Shown here piece by piece: positions 17,384 through 26,456 of a stretch of DNA of 35,555 nucleotides. This DNA comes from Deltaproteobacteria bacterium (lineage in GTDB: Bacteria; Myxococcota_A; UBA9160; SMWR01), in contig JAQBGU010000212.1 in the NCBI GenBank assembly GCA_032128375.1, forward strand, positions 1-35,555, in the 5' to 3' direction. A program made the translations under genes and the position numbers. The notes beneath the pieces are model-generated. The model was not told where the DNA came from, did no database searches, and worked only from the letters and a program-made list of their open reading frames with translations. Within the stretch, counting starts at the first letter, position 1. Every line of letters begins with the position of its first letter.

Positions 17384-18409
17384 ATGACGGCACGCGTGAA
17401 TCGACGTTGGGTCCTGGCGAAGAGGCCGATCGGTGAACCGACAGACGATTGTTTCGATCTTCAGGAGGTTCCCGTCGCGGACCTCGCCGCAGGCGAGGTG
17501 CTCGTCGAGGCTCACTACCTCTCGCTGGATCCCTACATGCGTGGCCGCATGCGTGACGGCAAGTCGTATGCCGAGCCGCTGAAAATCGGCGAAATGATCA
17601 CCGGCGAGAGCGCCGGAGTCGTGATCGAATCGAACAGTGACCTCTGGTCGGTCGGCGATACCGTGACGGTCCATCAAGGCTGGCAGAGCCACATCGCGCT
17701 GGCCGGGGACTCACCCGCCCTGCTGCCGGCAGATACCACGCTGGCGCCGCTGCCCGCTTGGTTGGGCGTTCTCGGGATGCCGGGGCGAACGGCCTACTTC
17801 GGATTGCAGCGCGTCGGCGAACCGAAAGCAGCAGAGACACTGGTCGTGTCGGCCGCGTCGGGCGCGGTAGGCTCAGTGGTCGGGCAGATCGGAAAAATGC
17901 TGGGTCTGCACGTCGTCGGTGTCGCAGGGGGTCCGGAAAAGTGCGGCTACTGCATCGATGAGCTCGGCTTCGATGCGTGCATCGACTACAAGGCCGGCGC
18001 TCTCGAGAGCGACCTCGAAGCCGCCTGCCCGAGCGGTGTGGACGTCTACTTCGAAAACGTGGGCGGACCTGTGACACGCGCGGCTGCAAGGCTGTTGAAC
18101 GAAGGCGCACGCGTGCCGATCTGCGGCTTCGTCTCGCTCTACAATAGCGAGGAGGATCTGGCCGCCATCGAGACACCGTTTTCGGTATTCGCCGGGCTCG
18201 AGACGCCTCCGGCCAACCGCTTCTTCCTCGTCGGAGAATGGCGCGACGAATGGCTCGAGGGCAGCCGCACGTTGGCGGGCTGGATTCGATCGGGCCAGCT
18301 GAAATACCGCGAGACAATCGCCCAAGGAATCGAGAGCGCCCCTGCCGCGTTTCGTGGACTGCTCGCCGGAAAGAATTTCGGAAAGCAGCTGGTTCACATC
18401 GCGGGCTGA
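17384..18409 (+). CDS. NADP-dependent alkene reductase (MDR, prostaglandin reductase/CurA-like)
   Basis: LSLDPYMRGRM, LGMPGRTAYFGL, SAASGAVGSVVGQ, YFENVGG, GKNFGKQLV. Confidence 0.94.
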   Translation: MTARVNRRWVLAKRPIGEPTDDCFDLQEVPVADLAAGEVLVEAHYLSLDPYMRGRMRDGKSYAEPLKIGEMITGESAGVVIESNSDLWSVGDTVTVHQGWQSHIALAGDSPALLPADTTLAPLPAWLGVLGMPGRTAYFGLQRVGEPKAAETLVVSAASGAVGSVVGQIGKMLGLHVVGVAGGPEKCGYCIDELGFDACIDYKAGALESDLEAACPSGVDVYFENVGGPVTRAAARLLNEGARVPICGFVSLYNSEEDLAAIETPFSVFAGLETPPANRFFLVGEWRDEWLEGSRTLAGWIRSGQLKYRETIAQGIESAPAAFRGLLAGKNFGKQLVHIAG

Positions 18410-18418
18410 GAGACGGAT

Positions 18419-20002
18419 CTACGCGAGGCCCGGCTTGGGAGCCGAATCCGAACTGTAGCGTCCATCCCTCTCATCGAGCGCGCGCCGGATTTCCTGGTGA
18501 CGCTCACGAGTCAGCGAGTAACGCGAGAGGAAAACCAGTGAGAGGCTCACGAGAATGAGGATGACCCCGCCGGTGATCCAACCGAGTCGCATCTCGATTT
18601 CTGGCGGAGCATCGAGGGGATCGAGCCCCTGGTACAGGCCAACTGCATCGTAGACGACGCCGGCGATTACGACGCCGAGGCCACTCGCTGCCTTCGAGGC
18701 GAACGAAAGCGCACCGAAGAAAATTCCCTCCCGTCTCCGGTTACTCTGCAGCGCGTCTTCATCGGTGATATCCGCCATCATCGAGCCCACGACGACCATC
18801 GCGGCAGAGATTCCGAACGTGGCCATGAAGCCTACGAATACCAGCGTCGGGAAATACATCGGCGAATCCTCGACGGGAAACAGACCGACAACCTTCATGA
18901 TCGGAGGCAACGCGGCAAACGCCGTGAACACGATCATTCCGATCAATACGGCCGGCCTCTTGTCGTGTCGTGTCGAGTAGCCGCGCCAGAACGGCATTCC
19001 GACGAGAATCCCGATCAGCAGGCCGACGCCCTGAACCCCCTGCTGCTCGATCGACAGGTGCCAGAAATACAGCGCGCTGTGGGCCCCTAGGGCATTGGTG
19101 ACACCAAAACCTACCAAGCAGGTGCAGAATCCGAAAAACAGCGCACGGAAAGACCGCAGGCTCAGCGCCCCACTCATATCACCGATCAGCGCCTGAAACA
19201 GACTCTGCCCCGGTTCGAGGTCGTCGGGTGCAACGAGCAGCGGGATCCGATCGCGCGTACCAAACGCCGAGACCAACACCGCGAGCGTGATCACCAACCC
19301 GAAGGCTCCGGCAAAAATGATGTACGGCATCGGGTGCAGGCGGCCGTCGGGCACTTCGGGTGATTGGTACGCATCGACGAGGACGAAGTATGCAATCACA
19401 GCGACTGTGGTTCCGAGCACTGCTGCCAGCGAGCGAGCCGTTACAACCCGGGTTCGTTCATCGAAATCGGCAGTCAATTCCGCACCCAACGCCATGTGCG
19501 GAACATGGAACAGCGTCATCGCTGCCCGGGTCAGGATCGCGAACGTCACGAGCCAACCGAACAGCGCGTATTCGGGGTCGATGCCGAGCGTTAGTCCGAG
19601 ATCCGTCGGCGGCGCAAACGCGAAGTAGAAAAACACCCCAAGCGGCAGTGCTGACGCAAACAGGTACGGATGCCGACGCCCCCATCGTGAATGGGTTCGA
19701 TCCGAAAGAACCGCGACCAGCGGGTCGGTGATCGCGTCGAAAACCAGCGCGATCATCAGCGCCGCACCGGCCAGCGTTCCTGACAGACCCAGAACCGATG
19801 TGTAGTAGAAGAGCAAGAACGCGGTGAAGGCGTGATTCTTGATACCTTCGGCGATCTGACCGGTCCCATAGGCGACGACGGTCTTGCGCGGCAACGCTTC
19901 GCTGTGGCCGGCGACTTCGACCGTCGGTTCCGAGAATGCGCCAGCTACCGGCGGGCGCGCGGAAGTCTTTGCGGGAATGGGTAATTCAGGTGCAGTGCTC
20001 AT
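18419..20002 (-). CDS. GPH-family (MelB-like, MFS_2) transporter
   Basis: FDAITDPLVAVLSDRTHSRWGRRHPY, PHMALGAELTADFDERT, MMADITD..RREGIFFG; about 12 TM helices. Confidence 0.93.
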   Translation of the reverse strand: MSTAPELPIPAKTSARPPVAGAFSEPTVEVAGHSEALPRKTVVAYGTGQIAEGIKNHAFTAFLLFYYTSVLGLSGTLAGAALMIALVFDAITDPLVAVLSDRTHSRWGRRHPYLFASALPLGVFFYFAFAPPTDLGLTLGIDPEYALFGWLVTFAILTRAAMTLFHVPHMALGAELTADFDERTRVVTARSLAAVLGTTVAVIAYFVLVDAYQSPEVPDGRLHPMPYIIFAGAFGLVITLAVLVSAFGTRDRIPLLVAPDDLEPGQSLFQALIGDMSGALSLRSFRALFFGFCTCLVGFGVTNALGAHSALYFWHLSIEQQGVQGVGLLIGILVGMPFWRGYSTRHDKRPAVLIGMIVFTAFAALPPIMKVVGLFPVEDSPMYFPTLVFVGFMATFGISAAMVVVGSMMADITDEDALQSNRRREGIFFGALSFASKAASGLGVVIAGVVYDAVGLYQGLDPLDAPPEIEMRLGWITGGVILILVSLSLVFLSRYSLTRERHQEIRRALDERDGRYSSDSAPKPGLA

Positions 20003-20096
20003 GATCAGAGCGACCGAGCATATCCGAATCTTACTCGTCCGCCGCTTCTATTGTCGCACAGCCGTTGCTTTCGCTGCGCAGCGGCGAACGTGCAAA

Positions 20097-20732
20097 CTAT
20101 CCGGCCACTCCCCGAACGTGTGCGTACCTCCCCAAGAGGGTCCTGTTCTGGGATACCTCGCAAACGTCCTCGAAGCCTGCGTCTTCGAACAGTTCGCTGA
20201 CCCGTCCACCCAGGTTGTCTGCGAGGCCCGCGTGCGGGTGGAGAAGCCGCGAAAGCATGCCGTCCTTCCCATGGTGCTGCCCGCCGAAATCCACCAGATG
20301 CAGTTCGCCGCCCGCGGTCAAGACACGGCGCGCCTCGCGCAACATGCCCTGCTTCACGTCGAGGTTGAGGTGGTGGAACATGAACGAGGAAACGACACGA
20401 TCAAACGACGCATCTGCGTGCGGGAGATTGTCGGCGAAACCACCGCTCCAGTCGATTTCGACACCGGCGCGCGCGGCTTTCTGCGCACAGCGAGCCAGCG
20501 CCTTCGGGTCTGGATCGATGCCGCTAGCGTGTGTACCCGCCACAGTCTTCGCGATCTGGACGAGCAGGCTGCCGGTGCCGCAGCCGATATCCAACACGCG
20601 CTGGCCTGCTGCGAGGCCCGCATCGCGAATGAATGTCGCGCGCACGCGCTCACCACCCAACAGACGCCAAAGCGGATCGTAAAGTGGCAGGAAGAGGTCC
20701 AGCCCGGCGGCCGGAACGAAGGCTCGACTCAT
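20097..20732 (-). CDS. Class I SAM-dependent methyltransferase
   Basis: VLDIGCGTG, GIDPD, LPHADASFDRVVSSFMFHHL; AGAGG RBS. Confidence 0.92.
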   Translation of the reverse strand: MSRAFVPAAGLDLFLPLYDPLWRLLGGERVRATFIRDAGLAAGQRVLDIGCGTGSLLVQIAKTVAGTHASGIDPDPKALARCAQKAARAGVEIDWSGGFADNLPHADASFDRVVSSFMFHHLNLDVKQGMLREARRVLTAGGELHLVDFGGQHHGKDGMLSRLLHPHAGLADNLGGRVSELFEDAGFEDVCEVSQNRTLLGRYAHVRGVAG

Positions 20733-20859
20733 TGCGTTCCTCTCTGATCCATGCCGCCGCCCCCAGGCGCGGCCGCTGAAGCGCGAGATTTCGCGACACG
20801 GCAGGTGTCGTGCGGCAAGCCTCGCGGCAACCGCCGTGGAAATTTCGCGGACGCCTCGC

Positions 20860-21627
20860 TCAGCTGGCGGCCCCTGGTTTGCGGAGCCGCAACACGAACC
20901 TGTCCGTTTTACCGCGAATGGACTCATCGAAGACGTTGAGAGTGCGGTCGTCGTCTGGATTTCGGAGCATGTCGCTCGAGGCGTCCAGCTCGAATGGCGA
21001 CGCCTCGATGGCCGCCAGCACCAGACTTTCGTGAATGCGATGAAGATCCTTGTTGTCAGCGTCCTCGTTGCCGTGGTGATCGATGATGCCGAGTACGCCT
21101 CCGGGCTTCAAAATGCTGTACACCTTATTCAAGAAGCCGGCCACGGCTTCTACGCCACTGCCGTTGTAGATGTCGTGGAAATTGAGCGCGGTGATCGCGG
21201 CGTCGACTGAGTTTGGGGCGAGAGCGATCTCCGCGAGGTCCAGGTCGAGTCTCTCGACGTTCGACAGACGCCCACCTTCCAACCGGGCCGTCAATGCCTT
21301 GTCGGCGGCGCCTTCGCGCATTTGCAACAGCCTGGGCGGATTCTGCGCGTAGACCTTTCCCTTCGCGCCCACGGCGACTGAGAGCACTTCGGTGTAGTAA
21401 CCACCCGCCGCAAGCAGATCGACCACTGTCATTCCGGGCACGATAGCGAGGAAGGCGACTACCTCCGCTGGCTTGCGACCGGCGTCGCGCTGCTTTTCGG
21501 CATCCGATCGGTCGCCGGCGGCGAGCGCGGCCGCCAGGCCATCGGTCGAATCAGCGGCATGCGCGGAAACAGGAAGCGCGAAAACCAGGATCAGTGCGGC
21601 GAGTCGCAGATGAGGGGCGGAATGCAT
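20860..21627 (-). CDS. Exported predicted class I methyltransferase (COG4798-like)
   Basis: Signal peptide ending AHA; RDAGRKPAEV, GGYYTEVL, NFHD, LKPGGVLGIIDH, TDRFVLRLRKP. Confidence 0.85.
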   Translation of the reverse strand: MHSAPHLRLAALILVFALPVSAHAADSTDGLAAALAAGDRSDAEKQRDAGRKPAEVVAFLAIVPGMTVVDLLAAGGYYTEVLSVAVGAKGKVYAQNPPRLLQMREGAADKALTARLEGGRLSNVERLDLDLAEIALAPNSVDAAITALNFHDIYNGSGVEAVAGFLNKVYSILKPGGVLGIIDHHGNEDADNKDLHRIHESLVLAAIEASPFELDASSDMLRNPDDDRTLNVFDESIRGKTDRFVLRLRKPGAAS

Positions 21628-21963
21628 CACGGTCTTTCCTCCGATTCGTTCGTTCGGCACACACTATCCGATTTGACGACGATTCCGAACGAGCCGTACC
21701 CGACTGTCTGTGCTCCCCACCCGTTCAACCCGCACATCGTGGGCGGACGCGACCCGATCGGTCGCTTCAGGTGTCGAGCGTGTTTCCATCGTCGCCGCAC
21801 GAACTCGGGATTGCCGGCGAGATTGGATACGAGACTTCTGTTCAACTGGCGAGATACGCAGATCGCTGCGCAGGGTCATTGCTGAGCAGCTGATCGCGAA
21901 CCGAGCCGTCCCACATCCCGATAGCCGGTATGTCGCAGCCGCTGCCGCAGTGCTCGCACCTGA

Positions 21964-21980
21964 TCGGCATGCCCCTTGCA
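21964..21980 (+). promoter_or_regulatory. Sigma54-type (-24/-12) promoter
   Basis: TCGGCATGCCCCTTGCA: GG(21966-67)-N10-GC(21978-79) with TTGCA, about 60 nt upstream of the surface-protein start. Confidence 0.6.
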
Positions 21981-22040
21981 CGAGCTACGCGGGTACTCGC
22001 TCGGCTGGCTCGACGCGCCGGGAAGCGAATGAGGATGGCC

Positions 22041-23090
22041 ATGATCTCGACTCGAACCCGCCACGGCATTTCCATCGCAGTATGCGTCGCCGCGCAGCTT
22101 GCCGGCCGCGCCGGTGACGCGATGGCTTTCTCTCCAGGGGACGTATTCTGGGCCCCCGGTGCCTGCGAATCGCCTTGCGGCGTTTTCGATATCACAGGTG
22201 GTGGCACTTTCGGCATCGAGACCTTGATTGCCGAGACGACAGAATCGCCCGGCCAGATGGCATGGAGCGAAGATTCCGAGACACTGTACATCAGCGAGTT
22301 CTTCATGAACCGCATCCTGGCAGTTTCGTCTGCGGGCAGCGTCTCGACGTTTGCGACCGGGATCTCGGGCCCGACCGGCCTGGTCCGGCTGTCGGACGGT
22401 CGGATTCTCGCCTCCTCTTATCGGGACAAGATCGTGATCGATGTCAGCGCCGGCGGAGACTTTTCGACCGCGACTCCATTCGCCAGCGGTTTCGGCTCAC
22501 CGCGAAACATGCTCCAGTTCGCCGATGGGTCCATCCTGCTGGCCGACCAGGGCTCGAATCGCGCCGTCGACATAACAGCAGGCGGCGACTTCAGCAACGT
22601 ACAGGGGTTTGCATACGGGATCCCTCGCGGCCCCTTTGACCTGATCGAGGACGCATCGGGACGCATCCTGGCGTCGAGCTTCGACGGCGCATTCGAGATC
22701 ACGTTGGGCGGCGACTTCTCCGGCGCGACCCCGTTCGCATTCGGTATCCAGTTCATCGGCCTGGCGATCGATGCTGAGGGGCGAACGCTCGCCACCGACT
22801 TCAGCTCGAGCAACATCTACGACATCAGCGCCGGGGGGGACTTCACTTCGGCCGTTCCCTTCGCGCAAGGGATGCCGGGTTACGGCGATACTTCCCTGGA
22901 TTCCGTGCCCGTACTCTCGCCAGTCGAGGAGGTTCCCTCCCTGGGCGGAGTCGGCTCGGCCGTGCTCGCGATCGCGCTGCTCGGATGCGGCTTGATGACG
23001 CCGAGAGGAATCGCTCGCGATGGAAGATGTCCCGAGCGGCTCCCTGCTCGACCCGGAGGCCGCCCGGGGATCGCTGGCCATCGGGGGTAG
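22041..23090 (+). CDS. Secreted beta-propeller-type repeat protein with IPTL-CTERM-like sorting signal
   Basis: Signal peptide ending AMA; D(I/V)(S/T)AGGDF..A.PFA.G repeats at 42-43 aa period; C-terminal VPSLGGVG plus TM helix and basic tail; GAGGA RBS before ATG 22041. Confidence 0.78.
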   Translation: MISTRTRHGISIAVCVAAQLAGRAGDAMAFSPGDVFWAPGACESPCGVFDITGGGTFGIETLIAETTESPGQMAWSEDSETLYISEFFMNRILAVSSAGSVSTFATGISGPTGLVRLSDGRILASSYRDKIVIDVSAGGDFSTATPFASGFGSPRNMLQFADGSILLADQGSNRAVDITAGGDFSNVQGFAYGIPRGPFDLIEDASGRILASSFDGAFEITLGGDFSGATPFAFGIQFIGLAIDAEGRTLATDFSSSNIYDISAGGDFTSAVPFAQGMPGYGDTSLDSVPVLSPVEEVPSLGGVGSAVLAIALLGCGLMTPRGIARDGRCPERLPARPGGRPGIAGHRG

Positions 23091-23279
23091 CGACCTGTCG
23101 ATGCGCCAGGTGTAGTGCCACAGGCTGCGAATTTTCGGCTTTCGCCCGCTAGTCTCTGTCGCGATGAGTGGATTCCGGGTCATTCAAGTCTCGCAGGCGC
23201 ACGAACCGGTGGAGCCCGGCCCGTATCCCGCCCATCAGAGCGCAACGCGCCTGGCCACGAAACGAAGACGGGCTGGCTT

Positions 23280-24467
23280 GTGACCCGAGCCCGAGATCGA
23301 CTCGCGGGTAGGTTGATTCGCTCGCAGTGGGGATTCGTCGCGCTGCTCGCGCTCGTGTTTCCCGCAGCGTCCGACGGGTACGAACTGGTGCCGTTGCGAC
23401 CCCACCCCCGAGCGGTGGCCTGGCCCACGAACGCATGGGCCAGAGGCTCGCTGCCGGACGATCTCGATCGCGCGGCCTTCGATGCGAGCATCGAGTCACT
23501 TTTCGCCGCCAAGGGCCGCGGGGGCTTTGCCGACACCCGCGCAGTGCTGGTCGTGGCCGGGGGCCGGATCGTCTACGAGCGTTATGCCGAAGGCTTCGGG
23601 CCCGACAGCCGCTTCCAATCCTGGTCGATGGCAAAGAGCGTCACGAATGCGCTCGCTGGAATACTCGTCGGGCAGGGTCGTCTCGAGCTGGACGCGCGGG
23701 CGCCTGTTCCCGAGTGGACGGCGCCCGACGATCCGCGGCGCGAGGTGACGCTCCGGCACCTGCTTCAAATGCGAAGCGGTCTCGATAACGGCGATGGATT
23801 TGGCGAGGGGGCTGACGCGACCCTTGGATTCGTCGCCCGTCTGCTGTTCGGTGAGGGCTCTCGCTCGCCGGGTAGCTTCGCGGCCAGCGTGCCGATCCTC
23901 CACCCCATCGGACATCACTGGGCCTATTCGACCGGCACCAGCACCCTCGTCGCGAAACTCTGCGGCGCGGTCATCGGCGGTGGCTCGCTTGGGACCCGCA
24001 ATTTTCTCCGCCAGGAATTATTCGTCCCGATTGGCATGCAAAGCGCCCAGCCGGAGTTCGCCAGCAGTGGCGAGTTCGTCGGTGGGGCGTTCGTCCACGC
24101 CACAGCCAGAGACTGGGCGCGCTTCGGGTATCTCTTCCTGCGCGGCGGAGTCTGGGACGGGCGGCAGATCCTGCCCGAGGGATGGGTCGACTTCTCGCGC
24201 ACGCCGAACCCTGCCGAGAACAACCGCGTCCACGGCGCTCATTTCTGGGTCAATGCAGATCCCGGCGAGCGATCCGGCCAGTGGAAGCCGCTCCCCGGCG
24301 CCCCGGCATCGGTATTCCTGGCAGAAGGCGCGAGCTTTCAGGTCGTCGCAATCGCTCCCAGCAAGGACCTGGTGGCGGTGCGTCTCGGACTCGACCAGGG
24401 GACACCTTATCCCGAAATCAAAGAACCATTCGGTCCGATGATTTCCGCGTTTCCGGATCGTCCATGA
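23280..24467 (+). CDS. Serine hydrolase, beta-lactamase/AmpC-like family
   Basis: SWSMAKS (SxxK), LLQMRSGL, WAYSTG, ARDWARFG, ILPEGWV; start approximate. Confidence 0.9.
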   Translation: MTRARDRLAGRLIRSQWGFVALLALVFPAASDGYELVPLRPHPRAVAWPTNAWARGSLPDDLDRAAFDASIESLFAAKGRGGFADTRAVLVVAGGRIVYERYAEGFGPDSRFQSWSMAKSVTNALAGILVGQGRLELDARAPVPEWTAPDDPRREVTLRHLLQMRSGLDNGDGFGEGADATLGFVARLLFGEGSRSPGSFAASVPILHPIGHHWAYSTGTSTLVAKLCGAVIGGGSLGTRNFLRQELFVPIGMQSAQPEFASSGEFVGGAFVHATARDWARFGYLFLRGGVWDGRQILPEGWVDFSRTPNPAENNRVHGAHFWVNADPGERSGQWKPLPGAPASVFLAEGASFQVVAIAPSKDLVAVRLGLDQGTPYPEIKEPFGPMISAFPDRP

Positions 24468-24805
24468 GTCGAACGGGCAAGATCGCCTCTGCAGTCACGG
24501 TCGTGCTAGTCGCGGGTCTCGCGTTCGGCTTCGTGCGCTGGTATCTGCCCACTCGAAATGCGGTCGACATCGGTGCCGGCATGCTCGCAAAGCAGGTCTG
24601 CTCGTGTGTGTACGTCGCAAAGCGAGAAGTGGCGGACTGCCGTGCCGATCAGTTCTCGAGCATGGACCCGATTCGGGTCGAGGTACTCCGCGACGAAAAT
24701 CGCGTGCGCGCCTGGATCCCCGCTCTCGGTGAGCGCACGGCGATTTATCGCGAAGGTTTCGGATGCACGCTCGATGCGCTCGATGATAGGGTCAGTCGTT
24801 CATGA
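24464..24805 (+). CDS. Small membrane-anchored Cys-rich partner of the serine hydrolase
   Basis: ATGA-coupled to the hydrolase; TM helix then AKQVCSCVYV..C..AIYREGFGCTL. Confidence 0.8.
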   Translation: MSRTGKIASAVTVVLVAGLAFGFVRWYLPTRNAVDIGAGMLAKQVCSCVYVAKREVADCRADQFSSMDPIRVEVLRDENRVRAWIPALGERTAIYREGFGCTLDALDDRVSRS

Positions 24806-25205
24806 ACGCCTGCTCCGGGGTGACCTTCAGAATAGTGCGCTTTTGCGCGTTCATTCCGCTTTCGAACGCCTCGTTCACCTCGATCTCCGGGTTGCCGCTC
24901 AACTTCCGCAGCACGCGAGCCGTCAGTTCGATGCGTTCGGGATCTCGAGAGATCCCTTCCGCGCGGCCGTAGATCACGAGTTGTTTGCGACCCTCGTGAA
25001 CGAGCAGCGAGACGCGGGGTTGCCGAAGCGCGTTGTGCCATTTCGCGGTAAAACTCTTGACCGAGATGACGATGCATTCGCCGTCCCAGTCGTAGACGAT
25101 GTGCGAAAGCTTGGGGGAACCGTCCTTGCGACCCGTTGCGAGGGCTGCCAGCTGATGCGATTGAAGAAATTTTTCTTGTTCCGGGGAAAGAACGGGGGCA
25201 GCCAT
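24792..25205 (-). CDS. Pyridoxamine 5'-phosphate oxidase-like (PPOX class, possibly F420-dependent) protein
   Basis: LATGRKDGSP, AKWHNALRQPRVSL, IYGRAE; GGAG RBS. Confidence 0.87.
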   Translation of the reverse strand: MAAPVLSPEQEKFLQSHQLAALATGRKDGSPKLSHIVYDWDGECIVISVKSFTAKWHNALRQPRVSLLVHEGRKQLVIYGRAEGISRDPERIELTARVLRKLSGNPEIEVNEAFESGMNAQKRTILKVTPEQAFMND

Positions 25206-25391
25206 GCGGTTCTCCGTTTGCGCTCGCTGTGATGAGGAACGTACGCGAGAGGCGTAGAGAGCCCGTTGCTCGCCACCTGACGAGCCGCGGATCCAGCGAA
25301 CAACGGTGCGCTCCGCCAGCATGGTAACGTCCGTCAACTGAAACTGCGTACCGCGGCGACTCGTCAACGCAGATCTGAGAGGAACCAGGCG

Positions 25392-25970
25392 ATGGCAGAC
25401 AAGGAACCCGACCCGGTTCGAGCGCGACTCGAGGTGTACGTCGGAAAGCCGCTCGGCTCTTCTGAGCCGACGCTGTCTCCCGACGAGGTCAATGTGCCGA
25501 TGATCCGGCACTGGGTCGACGCGCTGGCCGACCACAACCCAGTCTATCTCGACGAGGAATTCGCGGCGACTAGCCGTTTCGGCCACATCGTCGCTCCGCC
25601 GGCGATGATGCAGACTTGGACGATGCCGCGGCCCAAGATCGAGGGCATCGCGGAACGGGGCGGCGCACCGGACGAGATTGCCTTTGACAACCCGATCACG
25701 ACGCTCGACGAGGCGGGCTATGTCGGCACGCTGGCGACCAATTCCGAGCTCACGTTCGGGCGCTACCTGAGGCCTGGCGACCGCCTTCGGTCGTCGGTCT
25801 TCGTGGAATCGATCTCCAACCGCAAGCAAACCTCGCTGGGTCTCGGATACTTCGTGACCTGGATTACCACCTACACGACCACCACGGCTAGCGGCGACCA
25901 CGAGGTCGTCGGGCGACAACTATTCCGGATTTTCAAGTTCGACCCTGCCACAATCGGAGCCACCTCATGA
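25392..25970 (+). CDS. Second ChsH2-N-like MaoC hydratase subunit, no DUF35
   Basis: DEVNVPMIRHWVDALADHNPVY, APPAMMQTWTM, KQTSLGLGYFVT. Confidence 0.88.
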   Translation: MADKEPDPVRARLEVYVGKPLGSSEPTLSPDEVNVPMIRHWVDALADHNPVYLDEEFAATSRFGHIVAPPAMMQTWTMPRPKIEGIAERGGAPDEIAFDNPITTLDEAGYVGTLATNSELTFGRYLRPGDRLRSSVFVESISNRKQTSLGLGYFVTWITTYTTTTASGDHEVVGRQLFRIFKFDPATIGATS

Positions 25971-26404
25971 CGACCGAACGCGCGGGTTCGGCGCGCACCG
26001 GCGAAATTGCCGTTGGCGACGAGCTGCCGTCGTACGACCTTCCGGTTACCGCTGCGCTGATCGTGGCTGGGGCGATCGCGTCTCGCGACTTCATGCCCGC
26101 CCATCACGACAAGGATTTCGCGACGGCGCAGGGAGCACCGGATATTTTCATGAACATCCTCACCACCAATGGCTACGTGTCGCGGTTCATCACGGACTGG
26201 GCCGGACCACAGGCGATGTTGCGCAGCATCAATATCCGTCTGGGGGCTCCCGCTGTACCCGGCGAGGCCCTGCGGTTTACCGGACAAGTCACCCAGACGG
26301 GCCGCGAGGGCGATGAACGCGTAATCGAGGTGTCGATTCGTGCCGCGAACACGCTCGGCGATCACGCGACGGGGACGGTCGTCCTCACTTTACCGATCGA
26401 CTGA
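25967..26404 (+). CDS. Second ChsH1-like MaoC hydratase subunit
   Basis: RDFMPAHHD, DIFMNILTTNG, TDWAGP, IRLGAP; ATGA overlap with the partner gene. Confidence 0.9.
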   Translation: MTTERAGSARTGEIAVGDELPSYDLPVTAALIVAGAIASRDFMPAHHDKDFATAQGAPDIFMNILTTNGYVSRFITDWAGPQAMLRSINIRLGAPAVPGEALRFTGQVTQTGREGDERVIEVSIRAANTLGDHATGTVVLTLPID

Positions 26405-26456
26405 CGATCGGAAAACGCCCGCCTGACCGCCAGTCCAAAGGTCGCCACACAGGGCA

